From positions 71,875-135,874 of the forward strand of contig JBGSYD010000047.1 in NCBI GenBank assembly GCA_041751055.1: a stretch of 64,000 nucleotides of DNA, given 5' to 3'. The notes under the pieces are model-generated. The model ran no database searches. It was not told the origin of the DNA and worked only from the letters and a program-made list of their open reading frames with translations. Below, one piece after another: positions 28,055 through 36,741 of the stretch; position 1 is the first letter of the stretch, and every line of letters starts with the position of its first letter. Position numbers and translations under genes: made by a program. The DNA is from Acidimicrobiia bacterium. Its GTDB lineage: Bacteria; Actinomycetota; Acidimicrobiia; Spongiisociales; ZC4RG35.

Positions 28055-30160
28055 ATGAGGAAGCCGTTCGACAGTATCCGCAAGATCCCCGCTGTCGGTG
28101 TTCTGGCCGAGCGGCAGATGGGTGGCTTTCTTGCAGTGGCGGCCCTGGTGGGTGTTGGTGTGGGTCTGGGTGCCGCCGGCCTTGTTTACCTTCTCGAACT
28201 GGTCAGCGACCTCACTGATCCGCTGCAGATCCACGACGGCTCTGCCTGGCTCTTGACCACGGTTCCGATCGGTTTCGCAGCAGCGTGGTTTCTGGCTCGC
28301 AGGCTCGCTCCGGAAGTTGCCGGCGATGGGGTTCCGGAGGCAGCAGTAGCACTCGAGGTGCACGGAGGCCGGATCCGCAAGAGGGTGTTCTCGCTGAAGA
28401 TCCTGGCAACGGTCCTTACCGTTGGCTCAGGTGGCTCGGCGGGACGGGAGGGGCCGATCGTCCAGATTGGCGGCTCGGTCGGAAGCGTGATGTCCCGTTG
28501 GTTCAACCTGGGTGAGGACCAGGTTCGATCTCTGGTCGCCGCCGGAGCAGGTGCCGGAATCGGGGCGGCCTTCAATGCACCCATCGCAGGGATGCTGTTT
28601 GCTCTTGAGGTCATCCTGGGGAGTTTTGCGTCACGCCATATGTCGGCGATAGTCATCGCCTCGGTGACCGCTGCCGTCACCTCCCGGCTTCTGGTGGGCG
28701 AAGAATTGGCTATCCGCGCCGGTTCCTATTCATTGGAGAGCTTCTACGAACTGATTGCCTACGCATTGATGGCTCTCGTCATCGTGACGGTGGGACTGCT
28801 CTTTCTTCGCATGCTCGAAGGGCTCGAGCAATTCATGGCGAAACGGGAATCGAAGCTCGGTGTGCTCCGCCCACTCGGGACAGGGCTCCTCGTGGCAGGA
28901 CTGATCATGCTCGAGCCCCGCTTGTTCGGCACTGGCCAGGAAGTGACCAACTCACTCCTCAACAACGAAAAATTAACCGCGGTGACCGGGGAGGGTCAGG
29001 AGTTCTGGTGGATTCTCATACTTCTTGGCATCGGAAAAGCAGCTGCGACTTCGTTGACCATCTCTTCTGGGGCATCGGGTGGCGCTTTCATGCCTTCGCT
29101 GTTCATGGGGGCGGCTGTTGGCACTGGGTTCGCACGTCTCGTCGACCCGGTATTCGGTGTCAATCTCGAACCTGGTGCATTTGCCGTTGTGGGCATGGCC
29201 GCGATGTTCGCCGTGGTTGCCAGGGCCCCACTCACGGCCATGTTGATCGTGTTCGAGATCACCGGGGCGCGGGACTACGGGCTGATACTGCCGCTGATGC
29301 TGACCGCGACCCTTGGGACTTTCCTGGCCGAGCGCTTCTCCTCAGATTCGGTCTACACAATGGCGTTGAAGCGCCGGGGTATCCGAATTCGGCAATCAGG
29401 GGAAGTCGACATTCTGGACACTGTGCACGTCGGCAGTGTCATGAGAATCCCGCAATACGTCGCTTCCTCTGCCGACATGTTGGTCCAGGCGACGGACCAA
29501 ATGCAGAAGCATCGTTCGCATGGAACACCGGTGGTCGATGACGGTGTCCTGGTTGGCATTATCACCATGACCGACATCTCCAGGACCGACGGCGACCCGG
29601 CCTCCGTCACCGTTGGAGAGGTCATGACGAAGCGTCCAATAACCGTGGTGCCGAGCACACCTGTGTCCCAGGCGCTAGAGCGTATGGCCGCTTTGGGGAT
29701 TGGCCGGTTGCCAGTGGTGGATGAGCACACCCCTAACCTCCTGGTTGGACTGTTCCGACGGGAGGAAGCCGTAAGGGCGTATCACGAAGCATTGGGGGCA
29801 TCGACGGGACATGGCCTCGAAAGAGCCCGACTGGCGAAAAGGCTCGATCCTGGGGCCGGCTATTACGACTTCAGGATTCCCAAAGGGTCCATGGCGGATA
29901 CGCGGCGCGTCGGCGAGGTAGTTTGGCCGGAGGGTTCGACCCTGGTGTCGGTGCAGAGGGGTCGGAACGTTATCGTTCCCAGTGGGGGCACAGTCCTCCA
30001 GGCTGGAGATGTAGTCACCGCTTTCGGGACCTGGTCCTCGAAACAGCGGATGATTGATCGGCTCAATGCGGGAGCGGATGAGCCCACCGCTGAGATTGAT
30101 ATCGTAGAAGTTGACGATGACGGTGTGATTGTGGAGGATGAATCCTCACCAGCTGTCTGA
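28055..30160 (+). CDS. ClC-family voltage-gated chloride channel with C-terminal CBS pair and TrkA-C (RCK_C) domain
   Basis: ClC selectivity motifs GSGGSAGREGP and GxFxP (GAFMPSLFMG), tandem CBS-like segments, and a terminal TrkA-C-like segment (VGEVVWPEGSTLVSVQRGRNVIVPSG). The start is chosen at ATG 28055. An ATG at 27950 would overlap the divergent ung start. Confidence 0.8.
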   Translation: MRKPFDSIRKIPAVGVLAERQMGGFLAVAALVGVGVGLGAAGLVYLLELVSDLTDPLQIHDGSAWLLTTVPIGFAAAWFLARRLAPEVAGDGVPEAAVALEVHGGRIRKRVFSLKILATVLTVGSGGSAGREGPIVQIGGSVGSVMSRWFNLGEDQVRSLVAAGAGAGIGAAFNAPIAGMLFALEVILGSFASRHMSAIVIASVTAAVTSRLLVGEELAIRAGSYSLESFYELIAYALMALVIVTVGLLFLRMLEGLEQFMAKRESKLGVLRPLGTGLLVAGLIMLEPRLFGTGQEVTNSLLNNEKLTAVTGEGQEFWWILILLGIGKAAATSLTISSGASGGAFMPSLFMGAAVGTGFARLVDPVFGVNLEPGAFAVVGMAAMFAVVARAPLTAMLIVFEITGARDYGLILPLMLTATLGTFLAERFSSDSVYTMALKRRGIRIRQSGEVDILDTVHVGSVMRIPQYVASSADMLVQATDQMQKHRSHGTPVVDDGVLVGIITMTDISRTDGDPASVTVGEVMTKRPITVVPSTPVSQALERMAALGIGRLPVVDEHTPNLLVGLFRREEAVRAYHEALGASTGHGLERARLAKRLDPGAGYYDFRIPKGSMADTRRVGEVVWPEGSTLVSVQRGRNVIVPSGGTVLQAGDVVTAFGTWSSKQRMIDRLNAGADEPTAEIDIVEVDDDGVIVEDESSPAV

Positions 30161-30175
30161 CGAGAGAGGGAATAG

Positions 30176-31102
30176 ATGCCTCAGGCCATTGTCGGGATAA
30201 TTGTCGTAGTCGTACTTCTGATAGCCGGCCGAGCATGGCTCAAGAAGCGGACCGCTGCCCAACTCGCGGGGTCCAGCCCCGACAAATCCAAAGGGTTGCC
30301 TGCGGGCTCGGTCGGGATGCGGAGTTCGCCACTGGCCGAATTCCATATCGTTGGCGACGAGGCAAGAGTCACCTTCGATGTTCCTCTCGACGACGAGGAT
30401 GACGAGATTCTCAACGAATTGCTCGTCGATGAAGCTGTTGAGGTCGTCCGCGAGAAACAGCACAGTTTTCCAATCGAAGAGGTGCATCACGTTGTGGTCT
30501 TTGCGGGGCGAGGTCAGGTTCGTGAAGTCGGTCGGACCAAGCTTCCTTCTCCAGGTGTGCTGCCGCCTCCGCCACCGGTCAACATGCTCAACCTGGGGAA
30601 CGTCACCCGGGATCCCTTTACCGCGGAGATTTCCACGGAGCCCTCTGTCGCCTATCAAACGAAGGCCGATGTCCCTGCCGACGAACTGCCCGCGATCGGC
30701 AAGGAACTGAAGATCCCGAAGGGCCTCGAGCGGGGCCTCCGCGCCACCGGAGTCGACATCAATGAGGCAGCCGGTCAAGACATAATCCTTGGTTTGCTGC
30801 GCTTGTTCGGATACAGCGTGGCCGCCACTCCGGAGCCCAACGTCTACATGGCGGGCAAAGGTGGGGAGAGCACCCTGGTTGTCGTCGATCCGTACATGAA
30901 GGGTGATTACCCCGAGGTCGAAGAGGCAACGGTGCGAGCCTTTGCAGGAAGATTCTCTATGTCCGGCGCTAGCCGTGGGGTTTTCGTCAGTGAGAAGTAC
31001 GCGCCTTTCATGATCTATTCGCTGGAGAAAAACGAGCCGAGGCTGAGATTCATCACACGGGAACGGCTGCAGGAATTCATCGACCTGATGGCGCTCGGAT
31101 AG
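30176..31102 (+). CDS. hypothetical membrane-anchored protein
   Basis: 308 aa with a single N-terminal TM helix (IVGIIVVVVLLIAG), an acidic central region, a proline-rich stretch (PPPPPVNMLNLGNV), and a C-terminal globular domain. I recognise no family. Confidence 0.5.
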   Translation: MPQAIVGIIVVVVLLIAGRAWLKKRTAAQLAGSSPDKSKGLPAGSVGMRSSPLAEFHIVGDEARVTFDVPLDDEDDEILNELLVDEAVEVVREKQHSFPIEEVHHVVVFAGRGQVREVGRTKLPSPGVLPPPPPVNMLNLGNVTRDPFTAEISTEPSVAYQTKADVPADELPAIGKELKIPKGLERGLRATGVDINEAAGQDIILGLLRLFGYSVAATPEPNVYMAGKGGESTLVVVDPYMKGDYPEVEEATVRAFAGRFSMSGASRGVFVSEKYAPFMIYSLEKNEPRLRFITRERLQEFIDLMALG

Positions 31103-31214
31103 ACATCTGCTGGGCCGGACACACCCCGATCGTGACAACCAACGCCAGGTTGGGGCCATACTGAGGCTTGATTAGCGCCCGCGGTAAGCTTTGAGTCCAC
31201 TAAGGAGGATTCGA

Positions 31215-31382
31215 TTGAGAGGACAAGAATGGCTGATTGTCCTGCTGGTTGTGCTGCTTGTGTTTGGAGCCCGTAAACTGCCCGAGCTGGCACGTTCGCT
31301 CGGCTCGTCTGCCAAAGAGTTCCGTAAGGGACTCGAAGATGGCGCGGACGAGGAAACCGAAGCACATTCCTCAGACTCCTAG
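31215..31382 (+). CDS. tatA: twin-arginine translocase subunit TatA/E
   Basis: TTG start 6 nt after AGGAGG. N-terminal TM helix and FGARKLPELARSLGSSAKEFRKG match the TatA consensus. Confidence 0.8.
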   Translation: MRGQEWLIVLLVVLLVFGARKLPELARSLGSSAKEFRKGLEDGADEETEAHSSDS

Positions 31383-31445
31383 AACCTCCATCCCCGGATA
31401 TAGAGACGGGACGGCAATGTCTTTTCACGTTGCAGACCAAACAGT

Positions 31446-31472
31446 GGGAACTTGCCGCTGCCCAAAGGCGTT
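31446..31472 (+). promoter_or_regulatory. ECF-sigma-type promoter GGGAAC-N17-CGTT upstream of the ECF sigma gene (probable autoregulation)
   Basis: GGGAAC at 31446-31451, a 17-nt spacer, then CGTT at 31469-31472. This lies about 18 nt upstream of the ATG at 31490. It matches the mycobacterial SigE / sigmaW-class -35/-10 pattern. Confidence 0.5.
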
Positions 31473-31489
31473 TTGGGGGTAAGTCAGCA

Positions 31490-31993
31490 ATGACTGAGTC
31501 AGTACCACTGACGTGGGAAGAAGTTGCTCGTGTTTACGGACGGAAGATCTATAACTTTGCCTATCGGCTCACTGGCGACCCCAACGACGCCGCCGACCTC
31601 GTACAAGAGGTACTACTCCGCGTCAGGAAGGGTCTGGCCAATTACCAGCCCGGCAGTTTCGAGGGTTGGTTGTGGCGTATCACCCGCAACGCGTTCCTCG
31701 ACGACGTTCGAAAGAAAAAGCGACGCCCCACTGCACCCCTCCCTGAGGAGATCGACCGGTGGGACCTGGCACATTCGCCTGGCGCAGATGTCGAATTCTC
31801 TCGGATCACCCTCGGCGACGACATCCAGAAGGCCCTCGTCGAATTGCCTTTCGAGTTCCGTGAAGCGGTTGTCATGTGCGATGTGGTGGGGCTCAGCTAT
31901 GAGGAGATCGCTGTCGCTGTCGCTGTGCCGATCGGCACGGTCCGGAGCAGGATCCACCGTGGCCGGAAGATGTTGAAGGATCTCCTGACGTGA
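31490..31993 (+). CDS. sigE: ECF RNA polymerase sigma factor (SigE-like)
   Basis: Region 2 (DLVQEVLLRVRKGLANY) and region 4 (LSYEEIAVAVAVPIGTVRSRIHRGRKML). The start is chosen at MTESVPL, downstream of the promoter-like motif. The ORF to 31430 probably includes leader sequence. Confidence 0.8.
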   Translation: MTESVPLTWEEVARVYGRKIYNFAYRLTGDPNDAADLVQEVLLRVRKGLANYQPGSFEGWLWRITRNAFLDDVRKKKRRPTAPLPEEIDRWDLAHSPGADVEFSRITLGDDIQKALVELPFEFREAVVMCDVVGLSYEEIAVAVAVPIGTVRSRIHRGRKMLKDLLT

Positions 31994-32394
31994 GGCATCC
32001 GGACGTTTTGATCAGTGCGTACCTCGATGGTGAACTGACACTCGACGAGCGCCAGGACCTGATGGCTCACATGGGCCGATGCGGACGCTGCAGCCGCGAG
32101 ATAGCCGAGCTTCAGGGAATCAGGGCCGCGGTCCGCGCTCTTCCCGTGGTGGAAATGCCGGTCGGGCTCGTACCCGAGGCGGACGCCGAATTGTTGCCGT
32201 CGCACCGGAATCGAGGGATCTGGGTCGGAGCGGCCGCTGCTGTTGTTGCGGCCGTCATTACCGTCGCAACGTTGTTTGGGCCCACCCCTCCGACGATCTC
32301 CGTTGATGACCTCAACTCCCGGCTGGGAGCCAGAGTCTCCCTCGACCCGGCATTTGGCCCGGCGAAGGTCGTTATCCCCGAGGTGACAGAGTGA
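31990..32394 (+). CDS. zinc-binding anti-sigma factor (ZAS family; RseA/RsrA-like)
   Basis: The GTG start overlaps the sigma-factor stop in GTGA form. HxxxCxxC motif (H-MGR-C-GR-C) followed by a hydrophobic helix, which is the usual partner of ECF sigma factors. Confidence 0.65.
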   Translation: MRHPDVLISAYLDGELTLDERQDLMAHMGRCGRCSREIAELQGIRAAVRALPVVEMPVGLVPEADAELLPSHRNRGIWVGAAAAVVAAVITVATLFGPTPPTISVDDLNSRLGARVSLDPAFGPAKVVIPEVTE

Positions 32395-33314
32395 AGCGCG
32401 TGGTGGGGTTAGTCCTGGTGATGCTGCTTCTGCCGATTACGCCGGTGCTGGCTGTTGATCTCGACGAGATCTTGGAGCGAAGTGGAGAGGCCAGCTACAC
32501 CGCCGAACAACTCATCACATGTACGACTCCGGACGGGACCCGGAACGCCTTTATCCAGCTCAAGCAATCGCAAGGTGAGATCAGGTACAGCGCTGTCAAC
32601 GAATCCGACGTCGAGGTGTCGTCCGGATTCGGAGGCTGGGCTCTTCAATCTGGAGGCACCAGGATCGAGCCCAAAACGGCTGGGGAGGCAGAACTCGCTG
32701 TAGCCGAGGTACCGACCTACATCGTCGATGAGGGGAGCAGTGTGACTTTCCTCGGGCGCCCCGCCACCTCGTACGAGCTTCAAAGGGACGGCATTGCGCG
32801 CGCACAGCTCGTGGTGGACGATGGAATCGGCGTCCTGGTCAGCGTCACCAGCTTCGATGCTGATGGTGCGGTCTATTGTCAACGTCGATTCATCTCTTTC
32901 GACCCGACATCGCCACTGTGGTCTTCTTGGTCCGGGACGGACATCGAAGCCATCGAGAACAGCGAGGCGGCAACACTCCCGGATCAACTGAACGGCTTCA
33001 GACGATTGGATTTCTATCAGGACGAGTCCGGCCTGAGCTTCGCCTATTACTCGGACGGGTTCTTTTCGTTTGCGGTGTTTCAGAGCACGTCTCAGGTAAT
33101 TCTTGATGACGTCACCACCTATGAGTTGGATGGCAGTGAGTATCAGCGCCAGTTCAACCCGGGTCAGGTCACTTACACCTGGGCGGTCCGGGATGGCTGG
33201 ATGGCACTGACGGGCGACCTACCCCCGGATATGCACGAAGCGGTCCTGGCCGGATTGGAAGAGCCGCACGAGGCCGGTTTGTGGCGCAGGCTGTGGCGTC
33301 GGATATTCGGATAG
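32391..33314 (+). CDS. secreted protein of unknown function (possibly MucB/RseB-like)
   Basis: The GTG start overlaps the anti-sigma stop in GTGA form. N-terminal signal peptide MKRVVGLVLVMLLLPITPVLA. The RseB-like assignment is from operon position only. Confidence 0.45.
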   Translation: MKRVVGLVLVMLLLPITPVLAVDLDEILERSGEASYTAEQLITCTTPDGTRNAFIQLKQSQGEIRYSAVNESDVEVSSGFGGWALQSGGTRIEPKTAGEAELAVAEVPTYIVDEGSSVTFLGRPATSYELQRDGIARAQLVVDDGIGVLVSVTSFDADGAVYCQRRFISFDPTSPLWSSWSGTDIEAIENSEAATLPDQLNGFRRLDFYQDESGLSFAYYSDGFFSFAVFQSTSQVILDDVTTYELDGSEYQRQFNPGQVTYTWAVRDGWMALTGDLPPDMHEAVLAGLEEPHEAGLWRRLWRRIFG

Positions 33315-33333
33315 AAGCCCGGTTGATCGTGGA

Positions 33334-33792
33334 TCAGTAGGCGGCCAATGCCTCGCCGTAGCGATCGAATTCGCGAGCCTCACCGAGGACATCCGATGAG
33401 ATTACGTCCCGGATCACCGCATCCCCATCGAGGAAATATGTGACTCGCTTGGAATAGCCAAACCGCTCGTCAAAGGCGTCGTACCTACGTGAAACGTCCC
33501 CGTGGGGCCAGAAATCGGCAAGCACATCGAAGGTGAACTGGTTCTGCCTGACCCATTCCGCGTTAGTCGAGGTGGCATGTGCTGTGATGACCACAACTCG
33601 AGCCCCGGCATCGCTCAATGAGCCCATCGTGTCGCGAATGTTGCACAGCTCGGTCGTGCACACACGCGTGAAGGGGTAAGGGACGAAAACGACCATCGAC
33701 TTGTCGCCGAGGAGATCATCGCGAGAGACCTTGTCGAGAGTATGGCTCCGCAACAAGAAATCGGGCGCAAGAGTTCCGACGTTCAGAACCAC
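33334..33792 (-). CDS. AhpE-like peroxiredoxin (conventional Cys form)
   Basis: GTG start. MVLNVGTLAPDF, FTRVCTTE (peroxidatic Cys) and LADFWPHGDVSRRY align to AhpE. Confidence 0.8.
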   Translation of the reverse strand: MVLNVGTLAPDFLLRSHTLDKVSRDDLLGDKSMVVFVPYPFTRVCTTELCNIRDTMGSLSDAGARVVVITAHATSTNAEWVRQNQFTFDVLADFWPHGDVSRRYDAFDERFGYSKRVTYFLDGDAVIRDVISSDVLGEAREFDRYGEALAAY

Positions 33793-33853
33793 GTTCCTCC
33801 CTTGCTCCAGCCGACGTTAACGCCCGAGAGTTTGGGGCGAGATCCAACATCGC

Positions 33854-33903
33854 GAAACCTAAGGCTTGCAGCCCCACTATTGATGCTTACAGCCTTAGGT
33901 TTC
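33854..33903. repeat. 13-bp perfect inverted repeat (GAAACCTAAGGCT ... AGCCTTAGGTTTC) with a 24-nt spacer
   Basis: The arms at 33854-33866 and 33891-33903 are exact reverse complements. The repeat lies directly 3' of the minus-strand gene ending at 33909 and upstream of the peroxiredoxin start at 33792. Confidence 0.6.
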
Positions 33904-33908
33904 TGGGC

Positions 33909-34985
33909 CTAGGTCCACCCGTCCAGCAACACTCGCGCGGCCCATGCTGTGGGGTCGCGGAGTTCGGCGGCGGTTGGCATTCGGGTGGGATCTGCCCATA
34001 GGGTTTGCAGGGAATCGTCCCCGTAGCGTCGTTCCACCTCCTGGTTGAACTCGTCGCCCAGTTGGGTTGCCTCGGGCGGCACGGAGCTGACACCAATCAA
34101 AGTCTGGGATTCCTGCCGTGTCACCTCTCTCAGACGGTCGCGGTCGGAAGAGATCGCGTCGAACCCCGGCAAGAGGTCTTTGGTCGCGCGGCGCGCCAAA
34201 AGCCGGCTGCATCCGGTCAACGCTCCGAGAAAGGCCTCCAACTCGAGTCGCGGTGCCTCCGCTTCTTCGCCGCCGATGAGGCTTTCCAAACCACCGGCCC
34301 CCTCAATGGCGGCCTCGATGGCGCCCGGGTCGGCCCCTCCCATCATCAGACCGCTCAGCTGTGTCGGGTCGATCTTCACCGCGTCTGCGTACCGGTCCAC
34401 CAGGACCGCCAGGTGGTCCTGGATCCAGGGAAGATTGGCCACGGCGCGGAACGAGACTTCGTTGGCAACGACCCACAACCTGACTTCTTTCGAATCGAAA
34501 GAACCGTTGTTGGCCAGCTCATCGACGTTAGGAACGATGATCGTGAGTGGCACAGGTCGGTCCGGTGGGATTCCTGCGTCAAAAGAAGCCATCGCCCATG
34601 TTGACAGGGAGCCAACCAGAGACCCGACCTGAAGCCCGATCATCGCTGGCTTCAGCTGTTCCATCATCGGTGCCACCAGGCCTTCCCCGGCCACAGAAGA
34701 TCCGAAAGGCTCCACCACGTTCCCATAACTTTCGAGATGAGTGTCGACCCAGGAGCGGGCGTCGACGGGAACCACATCGGATGCCGGTGGGGACCGGAAC
34801 GGGGAGATCTGATCGAGTCGGTACTCCACGAGCCGGGCCAGTTCCCGATATTCCTCCGCGGCCCACGGCTCTATAGGAATGCGTTCCCCGGACACGCTCT
34901 TGGCCACCTCTGCGGCAAGTTTCCAATTGATTGGACCGGGCTGGTCGAAAAGTTCGAACAGTTTTGAGAAGATGTCGTCGCTCAT
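33909..34985 (-). CDS. conserved hypothetical protein (possibly a zincin-like DUF2342-type protein with a degenerate metal motif)
   Basis: 358-aa soluble protein. At the position where I expect an HEXXH zinc motif it reads WVVANEVSF. The family assignment is from memory only and is uncertain. Confidence 0.4.
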   Translation of the reverse strand: MSDDIFSKLFELFDQPGPINWKLAAEVAKSVSGERIPIEPWAAEEYRELARLVEYRLDQISPFRSPPASDVVPVDARSWVDTHLESYGNVVEPFGSSVAGEGLVAPMMEQLKPAMIGLQVGSLVGSLSTWAMASFDAGIPPDRPVPLTIIVPNVDELANNGSFDSKEVRLWVVANEVSFRAVANLPWIQDHLAVLVDRYADAVKIDPTQLSGLMMGGADPGAIEAAIEGAGGLESLIGGEEAEAPRLELEAFLGALTGCSRLLARRATKDLLPGFDAISSDRDRLREVTRQESQTLIGVSSVPPEATQLGDEFNQEVERRYGDDSLQTLWADPTRMPTAAELRDPTAWAARVLLDGWT

Positions 34986-36160
34986 GGCTCCAGATGTCCC
35001 ATTGTCGCTGTCAACTCGGTTTCGGAATCGGCACGAGTGACCGTAACCGTCACAACATCGCCTGCTCGTAACATCCGGATCCGGGTGAGCATCTCGTCGA
35101 GAGTCACCACCGGCTCACCACCGATGGATGTGATGACGTCATTTACCTGACCGCCGGCTTGTGCGAACGACGAGTTGTCGGGTATCGCGATCACGCTGAC
35201 TCCGACCGGATACTCAGCATCGCCGGAGAATGCGAATGCAGTCTCGCCCCGGATCCCAAGCATGGCGTGGTCGACGGATCCATCCTCGATCAAATCAGTG
35301 ACCACTCCGACAACCATGTCGATTGGGATCGCGAAGCCGAGTCCTTCCGCTCCAACATCAGACACCGCGATCGCGGTCGTGATTCCGATCAACCTTGCGT
35401 TTCGGTCGAGTAGCGCCCCGCCACTCGATCCCAGCGTGATGGGCGCATCCGTCTGTACCAGCCCGTACAGCTGGCTGGAACCATCAACGGCGAGTGACCG
35501 ATTCAAGGCACTGATGATGCCCGAAGTCACGCTCGGCCCTCCGAGCAGGCCCAGGGGATTGCCGACGGCAATAGCTGTCTGTCCGATCGTTATCGAAGTC
35601 GTGGTCCCGATGTCTATAGAGGTCAGATCGGGTCGATCGACAAGCAGCACAGCAAGATCAGTCAGAGGATCAGAACCGACCAGCTCGGCTGAGAATCGTG
35701 CACCATCGGAGAAGGTCACAGCCAGCTCACGGGCGCCATCGACAACGTGATGATTGGTGACGATGTATCCCTCATTTCCATACACGACGCCACTCCCTCC
35801 GCCCCTGCCGAGTAGCCCCGTTACTTCAACCGTCACGATTGATGGGATCGCTCTTTGCGCCACCGGAGAAACGTCGACACTCTCCGCCAGGCTCCCGGGG
35901 GCACTTGTGGGGGGTGGGGCGGTCAGAGTTGGAGCAGGTGGAATTGTGGGAGATGTTGGCTCGGTGATGACGCCCGTGAACCCAAGAATTGCAAACGTGA
36001 CCCCGGTTCCGAGGAGAACCCCGCCAAGTATTCCAAGGATGATCCCCCAGCGGTCACTCGACGTTCGGCCGGCACCGGTGGTGGGGTGCTGCGACGCATC
36101 AACGGAAAACGACCCTTCGTCGGCCGGATCAGGTGGCCGCACCGGGCCTTCAGGTGTCAT
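34982..36160 (-). CDS. htrA: HtrA/DegP-family trypsin-like serine protease with PDZ domain
   Basis: Catalytic residues in TNHHVV, the LTDLAVL (Asp) segment, and the GSSGGAL (Ser) motif. There is an N-terminal TM segment and a C-terminal PDZ domain. The start is chosen at MTPEGPV, because the longer ORF to 36331 overlaps moaE. Confidence 0.8.
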   Translation of the reverse strand: MTPEGPVRPPDPADEGSFSVDASQHPTTGAGRTSSDRWGIILGILGGVLLGTGVTFAILGFTGVITEPTSPTIPPAPTLTAPPPTSAPGSLAESVDVSPVAQRAIPSIVTVEVTGLLGRGGGSGVVYGNEGYIVTNHHVVDGARELAVTFSDGARFSAELVGSDPLTDLAVLLVDRPDLTSIDIGTTTSITIGQTAIAVGNPLGLLGGPSVTSGIISALNRSLAVDGSSQLYGLVQTDAPITLGSSGGALLDRNARLIGITTAIAVSDVGAEGLGFAIPIDMVVGVVTDLIEDGSVDHAMLGIRGETAFAFSGDAEYPVGVSVIAIPDNSSFAQAGGQVNDVITSIGGEPVVTLDEMLTRIRMLRAGDVVTVTVTRADSETELTATMGHLEP

Positions 36161-36172
36161 AGTCTTGATTGT

Positions 36173-36607
36173 ATGGATGCATCCCAGCAAACAGTCAGGG
36201 TGGCCGTCTCGGACGACCCCATTGACACAAATGCGCTTGTCGGGGAAGTGCGCCGGGCGGACAGCGGAGCAACGGTGCTGTTTCTGGGCACGGTGAGGGA
36301 CCATTCGCCTGGTAAGACGGGCGTAAGCCACCTCGACTACGAGGTCTATCCCGAGCTTGTGGAGTCCAAGATTTCAGAGATCATCGAAGAGGCCGCCTCC
36401 AAATGGCCGATTCTGTCAGTGGCAGTCGAGCACCGGTCAGGTGTTGTCTCCCTCGGTGACGTTTCAGTGGCGGTCGTCGTTGCGACAGCACACCGAGCGG
36501 ATGCATTCGAAGCGGCACGGTTCCTGATTGACGAATTGAAACAGCGGGCACCGATCTGGAAGAAGGAGTTCTGGGAAGAGGGCTCGGAATGGTCCGAGGG
36601 TTCGTGA
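36173..36607 (+). CDS. moaE: molybdopterin synthase catalytic subunit
   Basis: 144 aa, MoaE-like (EVYPELV...LSVAVEHRSGVV...APIWKKE). The start is taken as the internal ATG at 36173 of the longer ORF. Confidence 0.75.
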   Translation: MDASQQTVRVAVSDDPIDTNALVGEVRRADSGATVLFLGTVRDHSPGKTGVSHLDYEVYPELVESKISEIIEEAASKWPILSVAVEHRSGVVSLGDVSVAVVVATAHRADAFEAARFLIDELKQRAPIWKKEFWEEGSEWSEGS

Positions 36608-36741
36608 CGACCGTTCGCGGCATCGTTGAGGAGCTTCACTCCTGTCCGAATGGCGACAGACCAACATGCATAATTCTCGAAGCAGAGCCACATGCGAGGG
36701 TTCTGTCGCCTATTGTCCGAAGCCTGTGAGGAGGACGATTC

